64,000 bases of DNA from an uncultured Pseudomonadales bacterium (GTDB lineage Bacteria > Patescibacteriota > Microgenomatia > UBA1400 > UBA12028), in contig CAZBKJ010000001.1 in NCBI GenBank assembly GCA_964492495.1, positions 2,251 through 66,250 on the forward strand, written 5' to 3'. Positions 56,701 through 64,000 of this stretch are shown one piece after another. Each line of letters starts with the position of its first letter. Position 1 is the first letter of the stretch. Below the pieces are notes generated by a model that was given only the letters and a program-made list of their open reading frames with translations, was not told where the DNA came from and did not search any database. Position numbers and translations under genes: made by a program.

Positions 56701-58544
56701 TTTTCTTTTTGGCTTTGCTTGCGAACCTCTCTTCTATTGGGTTCTTTAGTCTTGATAACATTTTTGTGGCTCACTATCTGACTGCACAAGAAACTGGACA
56801 GTATGGAATTCTGGGACTACTTGGCAAAATGATCTTCTTCTCCGGAAGTCTGATTACCGGCTTTATCCTTCCGATTACGGCTTTTCGTGAAGGAAAAGGG
56901 TTGTCATCAGATGCTGTGTTCAAGAAACTGCTTCTTGTTACTGTCGCAATTTCAACCCTCGCCTTCTTGGCTATCGGGGTAGGAATTCCCCTCATTGCAC
57001 CATACATGTTTGGGGCGAAGATCAATGCAATCAGGCCGTTCCTGACACTCTATAGTGCAAGTATTCTCCTCTATACAGTTTCTCAGGCAATTGTTCAGTT
57101 TCATCTAGCAAAGAAGAACTATGTGTTTGCTGTGGCTTCATTTGCGGTCACCTTGATTCAAGGGCTTTTACTCGCGCTGTTTCATCGAACTTTGGGTGAA
57201 GTGGTCATCGCCATGTTTGCCACAAGTGTGGTGAATATCGGGGTTTTATTGATTCTTCATGTGTTTTTAGAGCGGGTCACGATCGTACTTTCAAACATCA
57301 GAGATTTCTTTGATCTGCTTTTTGGAAAACTGCGACAGTCTTCTCGTTCGTTTGAAAAGAAAGATACCTATAGAGTTCTCATCTTTAACTGGAGAGATAC
57401 AAAACATAAATGGGCAGGTGGAGCAGAGATGTATGTTCATGAAATGGCCAAGAATCTTGTCAAAAAAGGACACAAGGTTACGGTCTTTTGTGGAAACGAT
57501 GGGAAGTCAGTTCGAAATGAAGTTGTTGATGGAGTACAGGTGATTCGTCGCGGTGGATTTTATACGGTCTATTTCTGGGCGTTTTTATACTATACTCTTC
57601 GACTTCGAAACTATGTTGATATTGTTATCGATAGTGAAAATGGAATCCCATTTTTAACTCCATTCTATGTGCGAAAACCAATCTATTTACTGATTCATCA
57701 TGTGCATCAGGAAATATTTCGAACGCAACTGCGATTCCCTTTATCTGAAATTGCATTGTTTATCGAAGGTGACCTGATGCCATTCTCGTACAAGAGACAT
57801 TCAGTTATTACGGTTTCAGAGTCCTCAAAAGAAGAAATCATTGATCTGGGTCTTGGAAGTGCAAAGACTATCAAAGTCATCAACCCTGGAATCGATCATA
57901 GTTTGTTTGGTCGTCAAAAGAAAACAGCCTATCCATCTTTAGTATATGTTGGTAGGCTGAAACCATATAAGAATATTGACACTGCATTGTATGCGTTTGC
58001 GACTGTTTTGGAAAAGTTCCCGCAGGCAAAGTTCTCTATCGCTGGACTCGGAGAAAGCCTACGTTCCTTGAAAGAACTAGCAAAGAAATTAGAGATTGAA
58101 CATGCGGTGACATTCTTGCAAAAAATTGATGACAAAGAAAAAGCACGTTTATTTGCTCGAAGCTGGGTGGCAGTCCAGCCATCAATGATTGAAGGCTGGG
58201 GAATCACAGTCATTGAATCAAACGCATCTGGAACACCTGTCGTTGCTTCCAATGTCAAAGGACTCAAAGATTCCATCAAAGACAAAGAAACGGGAGTATT
58301 GGTAGAGGTTGCTAATACAAAAGCGTTCGCTACTGCCATCGTTGATCTCTTTTCAAATGAAAAGAAACGAAACCAGATGAGTGAATCCGCATTGAACTGG
58401 TCGCAAAAATTTACCTGGGAAATAAGCACAAAAGCGTTTGTAACGGAGTTTAATTCTGGAATGCATGTGGAAGCACAATCACGAAAGAAACTTTCGTTTG
58501 ATCGTATGCCTGTGACGGCAAAAATGTATGAAAAAAGTCGATAA
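53727..58544 (+). CDS. Four-domain fusion: GT2 (DPM-like) + processive GT2 + Wzx-like flippase + GT4
   Basis: IIPVFNE/DDRSTD/IDADLQYPP; FDAED/VTEDCD/RQRSRW; block of many TM segments with ETGQYGILGLLGKMIFF; NWRD..H.WAGGAE/GRLKPYK/EGWGITVIE. Confidence 0.9.
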   Translation: MANLDIIIPVFNEEATIGPLISRIDKILRKEHIPYHIIVVDDRSTDRSLERVKKASQSFPITVLKKKGQQGKAFSILEGIKASTSDYICMIDADLQYPPEAIPALFDLAQISGVAVARRITYGGSVVRRIGSRILAFVLGKLLHGIHCDMQSGLKVFKKEITEFINVDEITPWAFDLPLLHAAKQMGYDIAEVPIDFTERENGDSKLTLLGPTVQIAKGALRLKFTTIHPRVILPDTKESMKGAGFVHKGKRFITHSTLHHSKSALLVITPSQKTVFFIILALFCFGAVFATLFTFKIAVAILSFVYFIDVLFNFFLILRSLQSPPEISSDKNEILALKDKDLPVYSILCPLYKEAHVIPQFVESISNLDWPKSKLEVMLLLEEDDTESIEAVKDMNLPSYIRSVVVPNSQPKTKPKACNYGLSHAKGEYLVIFDAEDNPDPLQLKKAYLGFQKVGPNIRCLQAKLNYYNPTQNVLTRMFTAEYSLWFDVILTGLQSIQTTIPLGGTSNHFRTKDLLELEGWDPFNVTEDCDLGIRLFKHGYKTAIIDSTTLEEANSNVLNWIRQRSRWIKGYMQTYLLHMRDPLDFFSTQGIHALLFQLTVGGKIAFILINPILWVLTILYFTLNAVVGPTIEALYPSIVFYMAVTSLVFGNFMFIYYYMLGAAKREQWWLMKWIYLVPIYWLMVSVAACMALYQLIVKPHYWEKTIHGLHLKKKLENEAKETAKVVTASILAEVETKKPPVQPSESTAYTKKRIQSFGVFSNLLKYRRSFTGIFSKIIKGEYRGGALLVAATMAANVLNMGTNFYMGHALRLTDFALFNTYLSLLNIISIFSSSLGTTVNQRSAHLLGKIGHTRAVNFWRHIKNRVFFVSLILTGLWVICIPMTSSFLSIDSNIPLLLFTPILLLLGINAVNQGYLRGALAFELVAVVTILQPLTRLLSTIIFGELTYGEYAYLSIPTGVVVAALVSHFFARKGESVEIAHKDLKLPKTFFFLALLANLSSIGFFSLDNIFVAHYLTAQETGQYGILGLLGKMIFFSGSLITGFILPITAFREGKGLSSDAVFKKLLLVTVAISTLAFLAIGVGIPLIAPYMFGAKINAIRPFLTLYSASILLYTVSQAIVQFHLAKKNYVFAVASFAVTLIQGLLLALFHRTLGEVVIAMFATSVVNIGVLLILHVFLERVTIVLSNIRDFFDLLFGKLRQSSRSFEKKDTYRVLIFNWRDTKHKWAGGAEMYVHEMAKNLVKKGHKVTVFCGNDGKSVRNEVVDGVQVIRRGGFYTVYFWAFLYYTLRLRNYVDIVIDSENGIPFLTPFYVRKPIYLLIHHVHQEIFRTQLRFPLSEIALFIEGDLMPFSYKRHSVITVSESSKEEIIDLGLGSAKTIKVINPGIDHSLFGRQKKTAYPSLVYVGRLKPYKNIDTALYAFATVLEKFPQAKFSIAGLGESLRSLKELAKKLEIEHAVTFLQKIDDKEKARLFARSWVAVQPSMIEGWGITVIESNASGTPVVASNVKGLKDSIKDKETGVLVEVANTKAFATAIVDLFSNEKKRNQMSESALNWSQKFTWEISTKAFVTEFNSGMHVEAQSRKKLSFDRMPVTAKMYEKSR

Positions 58545-59451
58545 CACAACTGTATTTCCAGCAAAAATACAACACTACACATTGTTTGAAGTTTTGTCAG
58601 ACATCAACGAAAAAAGTGCATATCATTTTGCGATCTACACAAACAGATCCGGAAAGAAGTTTTTTTGCAAGCTCTGGACTGGTGAAAAGAAGGATCAAGA
58701 TTTTACCTGGATAAGCAATGAAATCGGCGTGTACCAATTCTTTGATTCTACCTACAAAACGCATCAAAAAGAAATCAAAAAAAACTTTCCTGACATTAAA
58801 ATTCCAAAAATGTATGTTTCAAGCATAGAAGACTCACTAGCCTATTTCCTTACTGACTTTATTGAAGGTAAACCACTGGAAGGTTTGAGTGACGACAAGA
58901 AAGCTGTCGTTTTTCAACGAGTGATTCAGTATTTTCATTTCATGAGCTCACTGGCAGTTTCACAGCAAAAAACATTACGAGTTTTTGGAGCCACACGGTT
59001 GTTCTTACTTTTTCACTACTACATCATAAAAGTAGCTTTGAGTTCAAAAATTCATTACAAAAGTTTGCTTCAGATTCTTTGGAAGTTTTATGTCGGGTTT
59101 TTTGAGCTTATACGAACAAATCATTTGTCGTTTGTACATAGAGATCTGGGATTTGCTGATAACATTATTTTGCAAGGCAAAACGATTGCTATTATCGACT
59201 TTCAACTTTCAGTGCTTTCCAATCCACTCATGGAGATTGCAAATATCACAATCGCTTTGTGGAATGAAAAGAAACTTCGTACCAAGTTCTTAAACTCTCG
59301 ATATGTAAGTAGTTTACTTGATGATGAAGGAAAGAAAAAACAAATGAATGCCTTCTTAGCTCATGCATTTTTAGTATCAACCGCACTGCAGTTAAATCTC
59401 AAGAAGTTTAATGGAACGTATATGATCAAACGATTTTCACCAATCGTGTAG
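58528..59451 (+). CDS. Protein-kinase-like / aminoglycoside phosphotransferase family protein
   Basis: FFCK, E, FVHRDLG..NII, IIDF. Confidence 0.75.
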   Translation: MKKVDNTTVFPAKIQHYTLFEVLSDINEKSAYHFAIYTNRSGKKFFCKLWTGEKKDQDFTWISNEIGVYQFFDSTYKTHQKEIKKNFPDIKIPKMYVSSIEDSLAYFLTDFIEGKPLEGLSDDKKAVVFQRVIQYFHFMSSLAVSQQKTLRVFGATRLFLLFHYYIIKVALSSKIHYKSLLQILWKFYVGFFELIRTNHLSFVHRDLGFADNIILQGKTIAIIDFQLSVLSNPLMEIANITIALWNEKKLRTKFLNSRYVSSLLDDEGKKKQMNAFLAHAFLVSTALQLNLKKFNGTYMIKRFSPIV

Positions 59452-59463
59452 AACACTCTTCTT

Positions 59464-60384
59464 ATGAAAAAACCTTCAGTGTCTATCGCGATTCCAGCAT
59501 ATAACGAAGAAACGATGATTGAGTCGGTTCTTCTGTCGCTTGTGGCGCAAAAAGCGAAAAAAATATCACTGACTGATATTACGATCTATTCAGACAATAG
59601 CACCGATAAAACCCATGCAATTGTTCGAAGTCTTGCAAAGAAATACACGCTTATCAAACTCAAAGCAAGTACACAGAGAATTGGGAAATACTACCGAATG
59701 GGTCAGATGTTTGCACACTGCACCAGTGATGCTCTTGTGGTTTTGGATGCGGATATTGCGATTGTTCAAGATAATTTTTTGGAAAAGCTAGTCGAGGTTC
59801 TGGTAAAAGATCCCAAAGCCACAATGGTCGCTGCTCATCAGAAGTTGATTCGACCAAAAGATGTGATGGGGAAGATACTGCACACCCATTTTGTTCTCTG
59901 GGATTTTGTACGATGGAGTGTTCTTGACTTCCAAAACGCCAATAATTTTTATGGCTCAGCTACCGCATTTCGTGGTTCATTTGCTCGAAGTATCAAGATA
60001 CCAAAAAACCTCACTGATCCACATCTCTACTTGTACTTACTTGCAGACAAAGTAAAAGGGTTTCGCTATACAATGAACGCTGTTATTTTACAACAATCGA
60101 TCAGTACCTGGAGTGATTTCGAAAAGTTCTTGGACAGACCATTGGGCAAAAAAGATGAGGAGCTAGAAAAAATTACTGGTGTTGATTCAGAGACAGTTCA
60201 CCTTATACCTTGGAAATATAAAATCAAGGGAATACTTCGCTGTTTCTTGTGGCAACCGATCTATACTTTTCCGGCTCTTGCCCTCGTGGTGTATATGAAA
60301 ATACGTCCCGCGAAGAAAACCTACACATCTTCGCTCTGGAAGATTGTGAAGTCTACCAAAAAACCCATTTCCCATGAAAACTAA
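59464..60384 (+). CDS. Glycosyltransferase family 2
   Basis: IAIPAYNEE, SDNSTD, VVLDADI. Confidence 0.9.
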   Translation: MKKPSVSIAIPAYNEETMIESVLLSLVAQKAKKISLTDITIYSDNSTDKTHAIVRSLAKKYTLIKLKASTQRIGKYYRMGQMFAHCTSDALVVLDADIAIVQDNFLEKLVEVLVKDPKATMVAAHQKLIRPKDVMGKILHTHFVLWDFVRWSVLDFQNANNFYGSATAFRGSFARSIKIPKNLTDPHLYLYLLADKVKGFRYTMNAVILQQSISTWSDFEKFLDRPLGKKDEELEKITGVDSETVHLIPWKYKIKGILRCFLWQPIYTFPALALVVYMKIRPAKKTYTSSLWKIVKSTKKPISHEN

Positions 60385-61483
60385 CAAGCGCCTGCGTGTC
60401 GTATTCTCTAGTTACGATGATGTTACCAACCCCTATTATGCAGGTGGTGGTGCTCGTGCAATTCATGAAGTTGCAAAAAACATGCGACAAGATTTTGATA
60501 TTCGTGTAATTAGTTGGAATCATAGTGGGAAATCACATGAAAAAATTGACGGAGTTACCTATAGACGAATTGGCTTTTCCTTCATCCCGCCAAGAGTTGG
60601 GATGTTTTTGTTTCAGCTGTTGTTACCGCTGTTTTGTCTAACCCAATCATTTGATGTGTGGATTGAGAGCTTTGGACCTCCATTTACCACGTCATTCTTA
60701 CCTTGGTTTACGCGTAAACCTGTGGTTGGTGTAGTTCATATGCTTGCGTCTGCTGAAATTAAAAGAAAATATGGAATCGATCTTTCTTCACTCGAAAATC
60801 TTGGAATTTCCCAATACTCAAAAATCATAGCGACTCAGCCAGCCATGCAAAAAGAAATTATGAGAATCAATCCTCAAGTTGTCTGCAGTGTGATTGAAAA
60901 TGGAGTAAACCTGCCAACTATTTCAAGAAAAGAGAAGAACACAATTCTTTTCCTGGGGCGAATAGAAATGAATCAAAAAGGCATTGACTTGCTTTTGAAG
61001 ATATTCTCACTCTTACCTGTGAAGTTTCAACAGCGATACACATTAGCTATTGCGGGTAGTGGCTTGAAAAAAGAAGAAGAGAAACTCAAAAAAGCGATTG
61101 CCGCTGTAAACAAACATGGCTCGATACAGTTTTTAGGAAGGGTAGAAGGAACGAAAAAAGAAACATTGCTTGCAGAGTCTTTATGTATGATGATTACATC
61201 CAGGTTTGAAACCTACTCGATGGTGGCACTTGAAGCCTTGATTTCTGGATTACCAGTCCTGTGTTTTGATATCCCAGGTTTACAGTGGATGCCAGAAAAT
61301 GGAGTGAAAAAAATACCAAGCTTTGATACCAAGAAGTTCTCATCCTCACTTCGACTTCTGCTTGAAGATACGCAGTCACGAAAACGGATGAGTACAGCTG
61401 GAAGAGCATACGCAAAAACTCGTACTTGGGATCATGTCGCTGATGCCTATATCTCGTATATACACAAACAGTTCTCTGTATGA
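60374..61483 (+). CDS. Glycosyltransferase family 4
   Basis: YAGGGA, FLGRI..QKGIDLL, SRFETYSMVALEA. Confidence 0.9.
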   Translation: MKTNKRLRVVFSSYDDVTNPYYAGGGARAIHEVAKNMRQDFDIRVISWNHSGKSHEKIDGVTYRRIGFSFIPPRVGMFLFQLLLPLFCLTQSFDVWIESFGPPFTTSFLPWFTRKPVVGVVHMLASAEIKRKYGIDLSSLENLGISQYSKIIATQPAMQKEIMRINPQVVCSVIENGVNLPTISRKEKNTILFLGRIEMNQKGIDLLLKIFSLLPVKFQQRYTLAIAGSGLKKEEEKLKKAIAAVNKHGSIQFLGRVEGTKKETLLAESLCMMITSRFETYSMVALEALISGLPVLCFDIPGLQWMPENGVKKIPSFDTKKFSSSLRLLLEDTQSRKRMSTAGRAYAKTRTWDHVADAYISYIHKQFSV

Positions 61484-62241
61484 TTTCCAATTCACTTGTC
61501 ACTAAAATCATTGAAAGCAAAAAAGAATGTGTGTTTATTTCACCACATTTTGATGATGTCATCCTTTCATGCGGTGAGCTTTTGCGACAGCTATCAGGCA
61601 AAGTGACGATCACTGTCGTAAACGTCTTTACCAAAGCACATTCAGGTCCGTACACAATCTCGGCAAAGAAGTTTTTGAAAGATTCAGGACACACAATGGA
61701 TGCTGTGAAACTGTATAAGAAGCGTCTTTTGGAAGATACAGATGCTTTTGCTGAGTTTGATGTCAAGGTAGTGAATCTTGGGCTGACGGATGCTCTTTTT
61801 CGAAAAAAGAAAAATCCATCTATATTCGGAAAAGTGCTTGCTGAGTTTGATCATGTCTACCCTACATACCGATGGCATATGACAGCACTATCATCCAAAG
61901 ATGAGGCACTGACAACCTTAGAAAGCAAATTGCATGCGTACACTGGAGAAGACACCCTAGTGTTTTCTCCTATTGGGATTGGCAGTCATGTCGACCATCT
62001 TGTTGTGAAAAAAGTATGCGAAAAGTTGTTCCCGCATATCGTTTTTTATGAAGATTTTCCATACAACGTGCGAATTGGTCAAACAAAACAGCAAACGTCA
62101 CTCAAAGAACGATTTGAAGTCGTTCCCACAATGGAGCAGAAAACCAAAGATATTCAAAAATACGCTTCACAATATGTTGGCCTTTTTGAAGGAAAAAGCG
62201 TACCTCTACACACTGAAGTGTATTTTTCAAAAGCACTATGA
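61480..62241 (+). CDS. PIG-L family deacetylase
   Basis: ISPHFDDVILSCG, GSHVDH, FYEDFPY, YASQ. Confidence 0.9.
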   Translation: MISNSLVTKIIESKKECVFISPHFDDVILSCGELLRQLSGKVTITVVNVFTKAHSGPYTISAKKFLKDSGHTMDAVKLYKKRLLEDTDAFAEFDVKVVNLGLTDALFRKKKNPSIFGKVLAEFDHVYPTYRWHMTALSSKDEALTTLESKLHAYTGEDTLVFSPIGIGSHVDHLVVKKVCEKLFPHIVFYEDFPYNVRIGQTKQQTSLKERFEVVPTMEQKTKDIQKYASQYVGLFEGKSVPLHTEVYFSKAL

Positions 62242-63302
62242 TCACAACAAAAAAATTTACCACACTCGATGAATCATTTCTCTCCGAATGGTTAGAACTC
62301 TGGAAGAATTCGTCAGAGAAAAATTTTGTGAACTCACCTGCGTGGATCGCTGCGATCAAAGAAGCATTTGGATTTACAGAGAATGTGTTTATAGGGGTGT
62401 ATAAAAACTCAGAACTGGTAGGGGCTGCTGGCTTTGTAAAAGAGAAAAGATTTGGACTTTCGTGCTACACCGTTCCTCCTGGTGATTTCGTCTCAGGCGT
62501 ACCACTACTTCTAGACTCGAGCGACTTTGCTGTGGTACGTGCATTTGTAAGGGAGTTTGTACAACTTGGCACTGTATTTTTTGACAATGTTCCAGAATCC
62601 TTTGTATCCGTACTTCAAAAAGAGACAACAAAGATTCTGGCTGTGCCTTTTAGTATCAATTTGTTCCTTCGATTTGAAGCTGATGAGAAGGGAAAAGTAA
62701 TCATCACCAAACGAAAAAGGCTTCTTCGGGAGTCAAAGCCAATCGAAGATAAAATTCGGTTTGAGTCCTTTGAAGGAAACAATGAAGAGCTTTTGCAAAT
62801 TGCTTTCGACATTGATCGTAAAAGCACAAAACACAGTAAAGGCTACGATGCATTTGCTGATAAAACTATCCAGAAATTTTATCGCTCTCTTGCGAGCTAT
62901 TTTGGTTCGTACCTGCGACTAAACTTCTTGTATATCGATAGCGTACCGGTAGTCTATGAGATGGGATTTTTGATTGGGGATACGTACTACGGTAGTCAAA
63001 TTGCATTTGATGAAAAATACAGAGAGTTCTCACCGGGTAAAGCATTTGAAGTGAAGCTCATTGAATGGCTCTTTGCAAATGAAGTGAAAAAGATTGATTA
63101 CGGTTCAGGAGATAACTTTATTAAACGCACACTGTGTACTGAGCACAACCAACTGTATAAAGTCGTTGTATCTGCAAACATTTTTGTGAGGCTGTATATA
63201 GGTTTGTTATATTTTTCTAAAGATCGTGTCTTTACATTTCTGACAAATAATCCACGACTGTACTCACTGTATCGTTCTATCCGAAAAAGCATTGGACTAT
63301 GA
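62238..63302 (+). CDS. GNAT family protein (CelD/BcsL-like)
   Basis: W..LW..S...NFVNSPAW, AFDEKYREFSPG, IDYGSGD..IK. Confidence 0.8.
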   Translation: MITTKKFTTLDESFLSEWLELWKNSSEKNFVNSPAWIAAIKEAFGFTENVFIGVYKNSELVGAAGFVKEKRFGLSCYTVPPGDFVSGVPLLLDSSDFAVVRAFVREFVQLGTVFFDNVPESFVSVLQKETTKILAVPFSINLFLRFEADEKGKVIITKRKRLLRESKPIEDKIRFESFEGNNEELLQIAFDIDRKSTKHSKGYDAFADKTIQKFYRSLASYFGSYLRLNFLYIDSVPVVYEMGFLIGDTYYGSQIAFDEKYREFSPGKAFEVKLIEWLFANEVKKIDYGSGDNFIKRTLCTEHNQLYKVVVSANIFVRLYIGLLYFSKDRVFTFLTNNPRLYSLYRSIRKSIGL

Positions 63303-64000
63303 ACAGATACACCATACAAATATTCCAGCAGGTTGACGATCAATTGAAAAAATCTTGGAGAGAATTGTGGGAAACAAGTAGTAACGGAAATGTCTTTAAT
63401 TCGTACGAGTGGTTTGAGATGAGTCTTCAATCACTTTCGTTTACTCGCTATGAAATTGTCGCCTGTTTTGAAGGAAAGAAGCTCGTAGCAGTATTCCCGC
63501 TCACACCATCCAAATGCTTTGGAATACCAGTATGGGTACCAGTCGGACATGAGTTTATTGTCGATACAACACTGCTACTTCAAGATTATTCAAAAGAGTT
63601 GGTTTCTTTCTTTTTTTCTCAGGTTTTGAGAAATAGGAATGTGTACATAACAACGCTCGATGAACGGATCGTGTCGCTTCTTTCGGAGATCGATTCAAAG
63701 CTCTTTTTCTCGCTTATTTCTGTGAATCCATACATTGATTTTGGTAAAGATCCACTTCGATATGTCTCAGGTTCAAATAAAAAAACGATGCGTAAAGTTA
63801 TCAAAAATATGGGGTCTGACCTCGAGTTTGTCGAGTGTGTCACTCAAGAAGAGAAGGAAGAAGGATTTGCCAAAATGGTTGAAATTGAGCAAAAGAGCAG
63901 TAAAAAACAGCAGTCTAAGGATATCTTCGCCAAAGCTGAAAATGTCAATTTTTACTCGAATATAGTAAAATACAGTGGTAGGTTCGTGAGAATCTTTTTT
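63299..64000 (+). CDS. Second CelD/BcsL-like GNAT protein, 3' end outside window
   Basis: Manual translation MNRYTIQIFQQVDDQLKKSWRELWETSSNGNVFNSYEWF parallels the upstream GNAT; ATGA coupling. Confidence 0.75.
   Translation, partial: MNRYTIQIFQQVDDQLKKSWRELWETSSNGNVFNSYEWFEMSLQSLSFTRYEIVACFEGKKLVAVFPLTPSKCFGIPVWVPVGHEFIVDTTLLLQDYSKELVSFFFSQVLRNRNVYITTLDERIVSLLSEIDSKLFFSLISVNPYIDFGKDPLRYVSGSNKKTMRKVIKNMGSDLEFVECVTQEEKEEGFAKMVEIEQKSSKKQQSKDIFAKAENVNFYSNIVKYSGRFVRIFF

Noticed and set aside
1-64000. Alternative genetic code (UGA=Gly) or a diversity-generating retroelement
   Set aside because: Conserved genes are full length under code 11 and several ORFs end in TGA; no reverse transcriptase or TR/VR pair was seen.

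Overview
Bacterial chromosomal segment, genetic code 11, that looks like a Patescibacteria/CPR (Microgenomates-like) genome. That assignment is inferred from gene content: compact divergent housekeeping genes, rpsF-ssb-rpsR with no rplI, FemABX, sortase, and many start codons 6-8 nt behind a -10 box. Housekeeping genes: recR, hpf, cysS, greA, ychF, nadE/nadD, rpsF-ssb-rpsR, CtpA- and HtrA-type proteases, prfA, rpmE, tpiA, pcrA/uvrD, pyrH, lon, dinB and tRNA-Glu(CTC). These are interleaved with AT-rich orphan genes, a cluster of four GT-C membrane glycosyltransferases, and a surface-glycan operon headed by a 1605-aa four-domain fusion (GT2 + processive GT2 + flippase + GT4). Most notable non-ORF signals: (1) a 13-codon Cys-Cys-Cys leader peptide with a complete 1:2/2:3/3:4 attenuator upstream of cysS; (2) a recurring architecture of a duplicated piece of a conserved gene plus a palindromic insert, seen at ychF and at both ends of tRNA-Glu. 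At tRNA-Glu it comes with two GIY-YIG nuclease genes, one of which has its stop codon inside the tRNA; (3) REP/RPE-like palindromes, one inserted in frame in nadE; (4) a symmetric bidirectional -10 box shared by greA and its neighbour. No CRISPR array, rRNA, integrase or transposase was recognised. All calls come from reading motifs by eye; no searches were run.
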